Of a stretch of 64,000 nt of DNA, positions 8,245 through 20,326 are shown in pieces (within the stretch, counting starts at the first letter, position 1; the number at the start of each line of letters is the position of its first letter). The position numbers and the translations under genes are program-made. Location: IMG/VR virus record IMGVR_UViG_3300042376_001667; one strand, given 5' to 3'. Source of the stretch: an uncultured virus (IMG/VR IMGVR_UViG_3300042376_001667) (lineage: Duplodnaviria; Heunggongvirae; Uroviricota; Caudoviricetes). The notes below the pieces were generated by a model, which saw only the letters and a program-made list of their open reading frames with translations, searched no databases and was not told where the DNA came from.

Positions 8245-8379
8245 AAGACACTATAGTGGAGCATCTTTACGAGCCATTCCCAAAGGTCCAAGGGAGCGTA
8301 GGCCACAGAGAGTAGATAATCGGCCGATACAGCTACTAATGTGGTTAGATAGCGTAAGGGTGCTTCACTATGGTGTTTT
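8245..8379 (+). ncRNA. candidate ~135-nt structured ncRNA directly after tRNA-Leu
   Basis: 27-bp closing stem 8245-8271/8353-8379 using four G-U pairs; internal stems TTCCC/GGGAG, CCACA/TGTGG, AGTAG/CTACT. Confidence 0.65.
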
Positions 8380-8398
8380 ACCATAGTTGAGGTAGTAA

Positions 8399-9941
8399 AT
8401 GACTGTCAAAGTAGATTTTTATGTTACATCCTTAGTGTTTAATTCAGTTAGCGGTTGGAGTGCAGAACTCGAATCTAATAATTTTAAACGCAATCTTTCT
8501 CTTGTAACACATAAGTTTGTATCCTCATATAGTAAAGTCAAGTTAAATATTGACTCAACTTCTGTTGAAGACTTTAAACCAGGTAATAAGTTTTCTGTAA
8601 CCTTTACACGTATTGAAAATGAAAAAGACTAATGCCAAAACAAAAACAGAAGGATATCTTGTAAAGTTCTCTTTCAAAAACAAGGAAACAGGTTTCTTTG
8701 AAAGAGGCGAAGAAACTGTTTACTCGTTTGGTAAGGATGATCACAAGAAAGTTGAAAAGGAAGTAATCAATAAATATCGTGGAAAAGGAATCAAGATTGA
8801 GATAATCTCTGTAATCTATCAATGAAAGGACTTTAAATGACAGATCGTGAAATGCTTGAGGCCGCTGCAAAGGCGGCAGGATTTGTGTCCTATGACCACG
8901 AAAATTCGCTTGCCACTGATATGTGGTCTAGAGGATATAGGTGGAACCCCTTCACCGACGACGGCGATGCGCTGCGGCTGGGAGTTCGGTGTGCTCAATT
9001 ATTCGGGTTCTATCGTTTCTTGCGCGCGTGGTTGATTGAAATGTCAACTGAGCAAGGTGGCGTATCCGACTCTTGCGCAGCTACTCGTCGCGCCATTGTC
9101 AAGGCTGCGGTTAAGCTTAGTGTAAAGGCCGCTAAATGTCACTCCGACAAATGATGTATCAACTGGATGTAACTTTGGGAGAAGATTTCCAAAGAAGCGA
9201 TCTAGACGATCATACCTGGTTTCAGAATATGGTTGACAAAGTAGAAAAGATTCGAAAGAATAAATTCTACGGAAAAGAAAGCTATGAAGTTGTTCTTGAA
9301 TATGTAAAATGGAAAGGAAACAAAAATGTCTAAGTTTGTAACGGTAAATGATCGTGTGTTCATGATTGTAACACCGGTAAAGAAACTTTTCAATTCTTCT
9401 CTTGTACACGATGTTGTTACCAAAGGTCGCCAGTTTGCTGTTGATATGAATACGGGCGAGCTTACGATTCTTCCTACTGTAGTTAAGAAACCTAAGGAAA
9501 ACCCTCCTCAAGCAATTGTAGCTTCGCTGTTTGTGAAGCATATGATTGGTAATAAAGAGGTGTACTCTACAGATTTGTCTAGAGATGTTGAAACGGCCAT
9601 TGTTCAAATTGAAGAATGGATTAAATTTCTATCAAAAGACCATCCGAATAGTATAAAAGCTGTATTATTTAAAAATTTTGATGGCAAGATCGTCGAAGAA
9701 GTTCGAGTAGGTTTTTCCGACTGGAGGCGACGTATTGCGGATAGCTACAAAAAGTTTATTAACTCATCGGAGCGCTGAAATGAAAGAAGAACTTCCTGTT
9801 ACGTTGATAGCTTACAAACGTGTTAACGAAAATAACGAAGTTATGCCAACAGAGTATGTTGTAAAAACAGCTGAATTTGTAATTGCAAGAACAACTGACT
9901 TTGTATTTGCAATGCAATGTTTCGTAAATCGTTGTAGGTAA
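8399..9941 (+). other. run of six small hypothetical genes (8399, 8619, 8837, 9136, 9326, 9780)
   Basis: Tightly packed + strand ORFs, several with RBSs; 8837..9154 (MTDREMLEAAAKAAG...WNPFTDDGDALRL) is GC-richer and of a type seen in proteobacterial prophages. Confidence 0.6.
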
Positions 9942-9951
9942 AGGAAACACT

Positions 9952-10227
9952 ATGACAGTAAATTATCGTGGTGAAAAATTTGAAGGCTATAATAGCCCTA
10001 AAAAGACACCTGATCACCCTACGAAAAGTCATGCAGTACTAGCTAAAGAAGGCGAGGCTGTGAGGCTTATTCGCTTTGGTGCTCAAGGTGTTAAAGGTTC
10101 ACCTCCAAAAGATGGGGAATCTGATGCTTATAAAGCTAGGCGAGAGGCTTTTAAAGCTAGGCATGCCGACAATATTTCCAAAGGCAAAATGAGTCCAGCA
10201 TATTGGGCTGATAAAGTAAAATGGTAA
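9952..10227 (+). CDS. small basic phage protein
   Basis: AAGGA RBS; IRFGAQG...FKARH...SPAYWA..KW pattern recurrent in viral hypothetical proteins. Confidence 0.75.
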   Translation: MTVNYRGEKFEGYNSPKKTPDHPTKSHAVLAKEGEAVRLIRFGAQGVKGSPPKDGESDAYKARREAFKARHADNISKGKMSPAYWADKVKW

Positions 10228-10411
10228 CGTCAATTAGCAATAAAACGCCTAAGCTTGCTGAGGCAGTGACATTTGGAAATGATGAATGGAGAGCTGTTGT
10301 ACAAGGACAGCTACAAAAACCTATATTCAATTCTAAAGGTGCTGCATTAATTTTTGCTCAGCAAGTCTTTACGAAACTTCGTAAAGCAGAGCCTGTGACA
10401 GACTAATATAA

Positions 10412-10489
10412 CTGCCCGTAGCTCAGTTGGACAGTAGCAACAGCCTTCTAAGCTGTAGGTCAGTGGTTCGAGTCCACTCGGGCAGGCCA
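10412..10489 (+). tRNA. tRNA-Arg(TCT)
   Basis: CTGCCCG/CGGGCAG acceptor, ACAGC-CTTCTAA-GCTGT anticodon arm, GTTCGAGTC, CCA. Confidence 0.93.
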
Positions 10490-10503
10490 TTAAAAGGCTA
10501 CTA

Positions 10504-13500
10504 ATGGAAATCCTCGAAAGAAACACATTTAAGCTTGTATTTGAAAACAAAAGGCTTAAGTCCTTGTATGTAAAATTTGAATTTTATCATACATATAGAA
10601 CTTTAAAAAATCTTTGGTCATCAACTTCAAAGGAACTTTCAAATGAATTCAAATCAAAACTCGAACGTGAACGTTTTGCCCTTGCAAGTCAATTCAGGGG
10701 TGAATCCGTTTTTAGGCGAGTTAGTTTCGTTGAAAAAACAAGTCAGAATTGAGATAATGAGAGAAGCTCATAAAATGAGCTTAAAAGACGCAATGTTGGT
10801 TGAGAAGTTTTTAGAGACAGGCCAACGTAAGTTACCCACCTCTATCAAATTTAGTGATACACTTCTAGAGTTGTATGACATGTATGTCGACCTCTGTAAT
10901 GTAATCCTAAATTGTATGGACCGACATGCAGTTTGAAGTTACCGTTGAAGACTCTTTGGGAAAAGAATCTTTTCATAATGTAGAAGCCGCCAATATTGCA
11001 CAAGCTAGGTTTATTGCACGAAACCTTCATATTCGTGAAATGAATTATACTATGCAAAAGTTGCCAGCTGAAATTTGGACCATTATAGGAAACACAACAA
11101 ATGAGTAAGAATCAAAACCACGGTAAGATGAAAGAATGGCGCAGGCCTGAATACCAAAAGAATGAAGACTATGAAGAAGTGCTTGTAAAGCAACGACCTT
11201 TTGTTCGTAGACGTACTAAGAACAGTGCTAATATGAGTGAGCGAAGCATTGCATTTCCTTCTGCATTGCTTGTAAGTTTGTTTCGAAATGTCGGCCTGAT
11301 GCCTAAAGAGGCTTGATTAAGAACCCCTGTTACTCCTGTAACAGGGTTTAAAATTGAAAGGAGAATCTTGTGTCTGAGCCTACTAATACAATGAAGGGTA
11401 ATAATCAAATTATCCTTTGTCTTGCAGAAATGAAAATCGCAATGCAAGAGTACATTGACAAGCGTATGGGTAAGTATGCCTCTAATGTACATGGAATAGC
11501 ATATGACAGTTCTGACTATACTTTTACCATTCAACTGACAGACAAGGAAGTTTAAATGCAAACGTTTATAATTCATAATGTATCAGAAATTGTTGTAGAA
11601 GCTACTGAACTTAAAGGCGGTGTTTTACAAAAGACAATTAGAATTATAGCTGATGGAAATCGTATTGATATTATTTTATTTGCTAAAGAAAGAGCTACAT
11701 CTGAAGGTCATGAAAATCTTACTTTGAAAACCGGAGCTTAATATGCCAGCAGGTACTCGCGAAACTTGGGCTAAACTTTTGCCAATTATTGAAGCTTTTG
11801 TCAAAATAGAACCAATACAAAAGAAGAATTATAAAGGTAACTGGGTCGATGTCGATCTACTTTATGGTCTCTTAGACGGCACTGAATTTAGGCTTAAACC
11901 TGAAGAGATTGTTAAGGGTGTTTGGAAGAGAAGTTTTATAGGTAATTTCCCAGACAATTCTGTAACACCCATAATCACAACAGACTTATCTGTCATGTAT
12001 ATCGGAGGTGCTTCCGATGAAAGCCCTGTTTGGCCCTCATTAGATCACTTTGAATATGTTTCAGAGCCAAGATTTGAGCCAGATGTCTAAAATAATTCGT
12101 TATCCGTTTAATACACAGCTGTTAAGCAAAATAGCCGAAGAGTTAAGAGATGTGATTTTTAAATATAGCGGTCAAATATCTGCTGTAGAAGCTATCGGGC
12201 TGCTTGAAATCGTTAAACTAGAACTATTTGAGGATCAAAGTGAACAATCTTGAAAAACACGCTTGGCGTGAATTTAAAGCTGCAGGCTGGTTGGATAATA
12301 TCGGAAAGTTTACAGACTCAATGCAAGAGGCAATCTGTAAACACGTGTTAAAGCTATTGAGTACTTTTCATAAAGAAAGTCATTCAAACACTTCAGCTTC
12401 ATACGCAATTGAGCTTTTTACTAAGCTTGCAATGTTTAAGCCTATATGCCCCTTGACAGGAGCAGATGACGAATGGTATGAATTTGCAGATGGAAAATAC
12501 CAAAATATAAGATGCAGTACTGTATTTAAAGAAAATAATCTTGCATACGATGTTGATGGTATTGTTTTCTGGGAATGGTTCCGAGACCCTGATACAGGTG
12601 AAGTCTTTAAGACGCATTTCACATCGTATGAAAGCAGAGTCAAGGTAGAATTTCCTTACACAAAGCCCAAAAAACCTGAATATCGATTTAGGCCTACAGA
12701 ACAATTTCCATTTGAAAATCTAGCAAAAGATACGGAGAAGGAGCGTGTATGAAGATTTGGTACATGAGAGACAACCACACGTTCCTGTCGTTGCCTCTCA
12801 ATGTTGACGCAGCGATGGTCGAGCTGCGCAAGGCGTTCTTTGACGCGCGCGACACCTACGGCATGTTGTGCTGCAAGGAGGGGCCGATGCGCAAGAAGGT
12901 GGAGCAAGCCCAGGCCGACTGGTCTGAGTTTGAGCCACGGGCGCGCAAGTGGATCGAAGCCGCGCTGAAACCGACCGATGCAGAAATCGAGTACGCATCT
13001 TGGCTGACGCCTACTGAAACACACTTAAAGGCAGTAGTTAATGAATAAACAACTCAATGAAATTGCTAGCGAAGCGGGTATTATCGGCAGAAAATATTCA
13101 TTTGGTCGATATTGGCAAGGTGAAATAACCGAAGAGCAAAAGAAATTTGCTGAAATGCTAATTAGGAGATGTGCTAAAATTTGTGAAGATAACGCAGCTA
13201 CCTATAAGCATTCGTTTACACCTGCGAAAGCAGCAATAGCTCACAATACAGCTATACACTGCGCATTATTGATTAAGAGAACATTTGGAATCAACTCATG
13301 AAAACATTTGTAACATTCGGTCAATCACACTCACATACTATTAATGGAAAGGTCTTTGACAAAGATTGTGTTGCAATCGTTAAAGGCGATCGTCAAAAAG
13401 TCTTTGAAATATTCGGACCTAAGTTTAGCTTTGAATATTCAGCAGAGGACTGGAAAGAAGAAAGCATGCAGTATTATCCGCGTGGTTATATTGAAGTGGA

Positions 13501-15683
13501 GCCTTAATTCATGTTTAAACTTAAAGAATATAATAAAGACTTACGTTGGAAGCGATATGCATTTAACATATCAAATCCACATGAATACTATGAAGGTGGC
13601 GATGTTGAACAGGGTGCACACTGGTGTATGCTAAATATAGCTTTTGGTAAGCACTCTTGGTGGTGGCAGATTCCTGAATTCTTCAAACCTCGTAAGAAAT
13701 GGGTAGACACTAGTCATTACGAATGGTCGAAGAATCCTAAAGGTGGATACTGGGAGTATATTCGTCGTGAGTATGGGTTCACCATTTCGGACGATAACAT
13801 TCATCTACACTATGGTATTCAACCGGGATACTCATCTCCACGTGACAAAAAGAACTCAGACCACACTAAGTTGTTCGGAATTCCCTGGCTACAGAAGCGA
13901 TACATTCATGAAAGATTTTATACACCCGACTGGGAAGTCTTTGGTGTTTGTACTCCGAAAAAGAATCGTGGATTGGATTTTGATCAACTGTATAAAATCA
14001 AAAATACAGTGCCCAAAGTCAAGTTTCGTTTCAATGACTTTGACGGTGAGGAAATTATTGCTACTTGTTATATTAGCGAAATGCGGCATGAGCACGGTAC
14101 AGGTTGGTTTAAGTGGCTAAAGTATTTCGTGAAACCGCTGATCACGCTTCGACTTTACCTATCTTTTGACAAGGAGATTGGTTACGAAAAAGGTAGCTGG
14201 AAGGGTGGTACAATGAGTCATTCTATTGAAATACATGACGCAGAGGATCCGCTAAAAGCTTTCATTAGGTACGGCCAAGCTGAAGATTATTACAAAAATC
14301 ATGGTAGGAAATTACGTAATTTTACCAATATTGAAAGACTAGAGTCATGAGCAAATTTGCTGAATCCTTGACACTACACTATCAAAATAAAACATCCATA
14401 CTTCATAAGCCTTTACACTTAGATCACTTAGATGTATCTAGCAGAGTAACTGATGAGTTTATTCAGCACGTCTTTATAGGCGAACTTACAGCTGTATTTC
14501 GAAGTAGGTTTCTTGTCAAGCATTACTCAAATAATAAAGATAATCATAGAGAAGCTGTTTATAATTTGAAGCAGCAACTTGTTGAAGAACTCTTCTCAGA
14601 ATTTAGACCGCAATTTTATGAAATAAAGAAGCACATTTACGCAGGTGATGAGAAAGCTGCTATTAAAGCGCTTGATTTGTTTTACGACCAAATGTTTGAG
14701 TCAGGTTTACATGCAACTGAAAAGTACAATGACATGGTTAACAATTACCGGTGAATCTGAAGCTGGCGGAGAAGTTACACATATAGTGCCTGATAATGAT
14801 ATAAAGGAGCATGCTTTATGTGCATCTTGCCCATGTGAGCCAAAACTTGAAAAGGAATATCGAATGATAATTCATAGAAGTTTTGACCAACGTGAATTAT
14901 TTGAAACAGGTGAAAGGCAACCTTCATGACAAAAGAATTAATGACAGAATATGAAACAAAAGTATTGCAAGGAGTTGTGGGAAGCACTGCACTTAAAATA
15001 GTTAAGTGGCTGATTGTTTTGACAGTACCGTGGCTTATTTCCTATAGCGCTGTAAGTTTTGTAATCTGGAACTTTGATGTAAGTTCTTGGCAAATAGATC
15101 AAAGATTTACTATGATATTTGCTGGTATGCTTATTACTATACCTGTTGCTGGAATACTATTTTATCCAGAGAATGCTTAAAATAATTTCGTTTCCTTCTG
15201 TAGAATTCGACCATAAAACGCACGATTATACGCACCGTTATTGGGGACATGACTATAATATACTCCAAATACTTGAGCAAGGGTATCGTTTAGAAATGAT
15301 GGGATGGGGAAACGGAATCAGACCTGGAGATTACCTTATAATTGCAAACAAAGATAATACAACAAGATATAAGGTAGATACTATTAAATATTATAGCGAT
15401 CCTCCAGACATGTGGGCCGCAAAACTGTCTTTTGCGCCTAGACGTTAAACTATTTAAGGATTAAAACGTGAAACTGACAACTACTGTCACCCATGACATT
15501 GACTTTACAGTTTGTTATTTCGAAAGAACTGAAGGTGGCATGGACTACAATACCTTTGGAAAGACTGTTAATGATTTGCCTTCTGCCATTCGTATACTGG
15601 AGCTGGCTAAAGCGCTGTCTCCAGAGCACGGGTGGAAGATTGTTGCCGACGTTACGACCCAGTTAGGGAGTAAGACAACATGA
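10504..15683 (+). other. array of ~20 small hypothetical early genes
   Basis: Contiguous, often ATGA-coupled + strand ORFs (e.g. 10643, 10926, 11101, 11556, 11743, 12749, 13041, 13298, 13511, 14347, 14926, 15468); no function recognised. Confidence 0.6.
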
Positions 15684-15750
15684 GAACACCTTAAACCGTA
15701 AACTTGGTAGATTACTTTACTGTAGCATAAACATCAATATAGGAGTAAGC

Positions 15751-15978
15751 ATGAAATGGCATAAAGGTCCTCCACCAAGTATTGGATGGTGGCCTGCTAG
15801 TATAGAAAGAGACCCGGAAGTATTTCGCTGGTGGAACGGCGAGTGGTGGAGTATAGATGCCTATCAAAGTAACTCTGAAAAATATGCAGAGCAGCTTGCT
15901 AATCGTAAAGCGCTTTGGCAACATTCTATTGAATGGACCACTCGACCTAAATGGTGGCCTGAAAGGAGCAAAACATGA
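15751..15978 (+). CDS. Trp-rich small protein, family A copy 1
   Basis: AGGAG RBS; MKWHKGPPPSIGWWPAS...RWWNG...WPERSKT; paralogous to 22910 and 23137. Confidence 0.75.
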   Translation: MKWHKGPPPSIGWWPASIERDPEVFRWWNGEWWSIDAYQSNSEKYAEQLANRKALWQHSIEWTTRPKWWPERSKT

Positions 15979-16261
15979 AATGGCATAAAGGACATGTGTA
16001 AATGGCTGCTTATCAGTGCTTGAATTGCAGTCGGATTGAACGCAGCGATGAACAATGTTGCGACAACCCTGACTTGTTTTGCATCAATGATATGCCACAA
16101 GAAATTGTGCGTCTTCGGGCAGAGCTAAAAAGTAAAGAGATTGAGCATAACAATCTTGAACAGTGGGCTCAACGTGGGAATCAGATTGTTGATAAACTTG
16201 GTTGGAATATTATGTTTAACTTAGGCCTATGGTGGGCCGATAGACCTTGGAGGATTAAACC

Positions 16262-16387
16262 GTGAGAGAGAAGTATGAAGGACAAGGGCTAGAGCGATTT
16301 GGCTGGACCTTAATAACACTCGCCGTAATTGGAGGATTGTCTTTGGCGGGATGGCTTGGCTGGGGGTTGTGGAAATGGTTGAGTTAA
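16262..16387 (+). CDS. small predicted membrane protein (41 aa)
   Basis: GGAGG RBS, GTG start overlapping previous stop; hydrophobic WTLITLAVIGGLSLAGWLGWGLWKWL. Confidence 0.5.
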   Translation: MREKYEGQGLERFGWTLITLAVIGGLSLAGWLGWGLWKWLS

Positions 16388-17352
16388 TCACGCTGCACCG
16401 AACCACGGTGCAGCAGGCGCTGGAGGCGTTGGAAAATCTATACCTCACGCTGCCGCCAGAAACCGTACTGGCAAAAAGCCTAGACCGCAGAATCATGAAC
16501 CTCAAGGCCGCGCTGGAGCAGCCGGAGCAGCCAAACCCCTGGCGCGATGCCGTAGACCATGAGCTTTTAACCCTGCACATGGTCGCCAGCGATGACCCAC
16601 AAGAGTCCATTCGGCGCTTGATTGATTGGCATTGCGCTGTGCAGATCGACCCCCTGGTTTCATCCGCTGCGCAGGAACTGATTGAGCGCGGGAAGCGGGA
16701 GGCGCTGGAGCAGCCGGAGCCTGATGCCATCGAACAAGCACTGGCGCACGCAGAAGCATTCAGCCGTGGGCACGATGCCGGCTGGCAATCGGCTATTGCG
16801 CACCGCGCCGAGCTGGCAGAGCCGGAGCAGGAGCCGGTGGCTCGGTTTGACGAGCGATACGGTGGACCAGTCTTGCTGGCAAGTGCGCCGATGTTGTGTG
16901 ACGGCCAACTGTTATATACCCACCCACCCCGCCGCGAGGTGGAGCAGCCGGAGCAGGAGCCGGAACTGCGTAAGCTGTTGATCAGTGCAGCCGCTATGGC
17001 GGTGGCTGCGGAGCGCAAGGGAGCGTACCAAGGCGCAAGTTGGGTGGCCGATGCGGTGCTTGAGCAACCGGTGCAGGAGCCTGTAGAAATTAAGCCACCT
17101 AACCAAGAAGGATCCTCTACATGCACCGTTCGTTGGACAATTGAGACGCCAGCCGGTTGGATCGGTGCATGGGATAAAGAAGCGTTAGAACAATTTAGTT
17201 ACGTATTTCGTAAGCCGGTTGCCTGGCGTTACAAGTCTAAGGAAAGTATGCCATGGTCACTGTCAGAGGATAGTTTTTACATATCGTGCAAACGTGATAA
17301 AGGCTACATCGTTGAGCCTCTTTATAATCTTCTACTTGACGGAAGGAGTTAA
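16375..17352 (+). CDS. mosaic hypothetical protein with EQPEQEP repeats
   Basis: GC-rich segment; repeated LEQPEQ/EPEQEPVA units and LYTHPP/PVAW motifs typical of proteobacterial prophage accessory genes. Confidence 0.7.
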   Translation: MVELITLHRTTVQQALEALENLYLTLPPETVLAKSLDRRIMNLKAALEQPEQPNPWRDAVDHELLTLHMVASDDPQESIRRLIDWHCAVQIDPLVSSAAQELIERGKREALEQPEPDAIEQALAHAEAFSRGHDAGWQSAIAHRAELAEPEQEPVARFDERYGGPVLLASAPMLCDGQLLYTHPPRREVEQPEQEPELRKLLISAAAMAVAAERKGAYQGASWVADAVLEQPVQEPVEIKPPNQEGSSTCTVRWTIETPAGWIGAWDKEALEQFSYVFRKPVAWRYKSKESMPWSLSEDSFYISCKRDKGYIVEPLYNLLLDGRS

Positions 17353-17358
17353 ATTTTC

Positions 17359-18614
17359 ATGACTGAACAAGCTGAAGCCAAGTTAGTAAAGTGGTCTGAT
17401 GCTAGACTACGAGGTATTGCCAGCGATTATTTCCCAAACGAAAAAGATTGGGCCGCTGCTATTCTATGCTTGCGCCATCTATTAAAGGAACAAAAGGAAC
17501 AGAAACCTGTAGCTGTAGTTGTACTCAGACTAGAAAGGGTTGGATTTGGACGCGTTATAGAGCGAAAGGATGTTCAGTTTTTTGCAGACTTGCCACTTAG
17601 CACCAAACTCTACACCTACCCACCCCGCCGCGAGTGGCGCTCGTTGAGCAAGAAGGAGATTGCCGAAATCGCTTTGCAATCTCAGGACGGTTTCTCGCCG
17701 CACGACGACACACAACGATTCGCCCAAGCCATCGAGGCCAGATTGAAGGAGAAGAACCATGAGCATTGAAACAACGGACGAAGAACTTGGAAATAAGCTG
17801 TTTTGTGACTTAAAAAATGACGCTGAGAAGGCCAACTTTTTCCTATCTGGGAGGGGGTATGAAACGGGTGTGATTGCAAGGGCTATACAAAATGACGTAG
17901 CAATGACTTACCACAGGTGCGCCGTAGCTACAACCGAACTGCGCCGCCTGCACGCCCTGAACGTGGAACTGCTGGAGGCGTTGCGCCTGACGAGCATTGA
18001 CTGCCAGCACTTGCATCACGCCGCAGGTGATCGACATTCACTTTTGGAAGTCTGTCCTGTTGTGGTGCGCATCAACGCCGCCATCAAAAAAGCGGAGGCA
18101 CAAGAATGAGCAAGCACACACAGGGACCATGGAAGATTGACTGGTATATTTGTCGTGAAGACGGTAAAGAACTGTGGCGTGTGCCTCGGTCAATAGGACC
18201 GGCATCTACAGATCATTGCCATTGGGCAGGGAGGTATATCACTGTAGATGAAGCCGACGCCAATCTTATTGCCGCTGCGCCTGATCTGCTGGAGGCGTTG
18301 AAAAGCACAAGAGCGTTCGTTAACAGCGTTGCACCTCACGGTGGATTGTTTGAGCGCATCAACGCCGCCATCGCACGGGCGGAGGGGAAGGTATGACCCG
18401 CGACGACATCATCCGCATGGCCGAACAGGCGGGGGCACACCATCTTGCGAATGTGCCAGGGTTCACGGAGTTCCTTGCGCGCTTTGCCAACCTCGTAGCA
18501 GCGGACAGAAAAGAAGCCTGTGCTAAGGTAGCTGAAGAGCTTTATTATCTTGGTCCAGCATCTTCCGATATTGCCGACGCAATTAGAACAATGGATAAGC
18601 CAGATGATCTTTAA
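17359..18614 (+). other. four GC-patchy hypothetical genes (17359, 17759, 18106, 18393)
   Basis: Coupled ORFs; 18106 has KHTQGPW...ANLIAAAPDLLEAL and 18393 has MTRDDIIRMA...RKEACAKV, both typical phage accessory patterns. Confidence 0.65.
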
Positions 18615-18833
18615 ACACAATTACCAAAATTTGACAGCAACTGATTCAGAACTTGCTTCTGCAATTGTTGAGTCAAACCAGCAATATTATGCTAATGACT
18701 TACTCAGGATTGATAATGATATAAAAACGCTAACGAATGTGCTTGACGCGCTAATCAAGCTAATGCCACCCGAAACAATTGAAAACCTTGCAGATGAATT
18801 TGGTTTTATTAAGACTCAAGTGGATCATTTGAA

Positions 18834-19295
18834 ATGAATAAGAAACGATCATTATGGCTAAGCCGCAGCTTTTGTTTTCCTGGGCCCTATTTAGCATTTT
18901 GTGCTACGGAGGAAGATTTTAAAAAGTGCCTTAAAGATCTTAAGATAGAAGAAAAAATATCTTGGATTAAAGAGGGTTTTAATGCTGCTACGCATGAATT
19001 TGTTAACACTGATGGTAAAACAGCCTTGATTGTATCTCTTGATACTTCACAGCAAAAGTCTAATATTGAAATTGCAGCATTGCTTGTGCATGAGGCAGTT
19101 CATATTTGGCAAATTTATATGGAGTCTCTTAATGAAAAGAAACCTGGAAGTGAAATAGAAGCATATGGAATCCAAGCAATCTCAACATTCCTCTTTAGTG
19201 CCTACCAAGACTACCTTGTTCTCGGCAGCACTTCTCGTAAAAAGATCCGCAAACCAATTAAACCGGTTTTACAGAAAAAGTCTCAGAAACAATGA
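18834..19295 (+). CDS. hypothetical protein with HExxH motif (possible zinc metallopeptidase-like)
   Basis: LLVHEAVH followed by EIEAY. Confidence 0.55.
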   Translation: MNKKRSLWLSRSFCFPGPYLAFCATEEDFKKCLKDLKIEEKISWIKEGFNAATHEFVNTDGKTALIVSLDTSQQKSNIEIAALLVHEAVHIWQIYMESLNEKKPGSEIEAYGIQAISTFLFSAYQDYLVLGSTSRKKIRKPIKPVLQKKSQKQ

Positions 19296-19783
19296 AGACG
19301 TTCCTAAAGTCTTTACTGAAGGTTTTGAAGCAATACCGACAGAAAAACAACTAGAAGGCAATCGGCAAGCTGAAGCTAAAGCCGTATCTCCCTTTATCGA
19401 AATGCAAGGTTGTTTTGAGCACAGAGATTTAAAGATTTACTTTTCAGCTGATGAAGTAATTGTAAAACCTCGTTGGTATACTTTGATTGAACACAAATGG
19501 CTTGATCCTGAGAAATATGAAAGACAACGATTCGAGAGTTCCAAAAAGGTGGCAGATTGGTTCTTTAAACAAGCGTTGATTCAAACAGCGTTTATACGAG
19601 CACTGACTAAATACTCTCCAAGCTTAGCTACAGCAGGTTACTATAAAGGGCCAAGGCATGAGCTACAAATTCCAACTAGGTTTTCTAGTAGGTTATGCTT
19701 TGGCGATATAATCTACAGTGTTACTTGTGATGAACTAAAAGTAATGCAATTTTATTTAACAAAAGCAAGGGCAGTAAGACAAT

Positions 19784-20326
19784 ATGAAAGAGCTATTCGA
19801 TTCGATGCTAAATACAAACACAACGAGTGGGAGTACTTTAAAGAAAGTATCTCGTACCGAAAGAGAAAGAGTTATTAAGTCCTACAGAGATTACCTCTTT
19901 AACAGGGATACTTCAGATCAAGTAAAGCTTCTAATTTCAGAAGCCGAGATTAAAGAAGAAGGACTTGCAATGGGACATTGTGTAGGCCTTTATGCTCAGT
20001 CCGTAAAAGATAAAAAATACTTGGTCTATTCTTTGAGAAACCCTGACGGTACTCGGCACAGTACACTAGGTTTTTCGGTGTTTCATAGTCGAGATTCTAA
20101 TGACACAAGTTTAATTGAAAGAAAAGTTAACGAAACCATTGATAACATCACTCTCGGACAGCATTATGGAAGATACAACAGCTCAGAGCTAAAACAAGAG
20201 GCAAGAGAGTTAGAAGGATTTCTAGAACTTAATCTATATGAGTTTGTCGAAACATGTAAGCCAAAGTCGGGATTTAAAACTTATGATTTACTCTGGAAAG
20301 ATGAATTGAATGCCGAAAAACTTTGA
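19784..20326 (+). CDS. PcfJ-like domain protein
   Basis: EEGLAMGHCVGLY...VYSLR pattern characteristic of PcfJ-like proteins; true start uncertain. Confidence 0.6.
   Translation: MKELFDSMLNTNTTSGSTLKKVSRTERERVIKSYRDYLFNRDTSDQVKLLISEAEIKEEGLAMGHCVGLYAQSVKDKKYLVYSLRNPDGTRHSTLGFSVFHSRDSNDTSLIERKVNETIDNITLGQHYGRYNSSELKQEARELEGFLELNLYEFVETCKPKSGFKTYDLLWKDELNAEKL

Noticed and set aside
8280..8302. SRP RNA-like AGGTCC...GGAGC segment
   Set aside because: Lacks the conserved GGAA tetraloop and AGCAG internal loop
16227..17126. 299-aa minus-strand ORF and other long reverse ORFs (e.g. 4430..5002, 27093..27710, 59330..60064)
   Set aside because: Antisense shadows of well-supported + strand genes; low-complexity translations with no recognisable motifs
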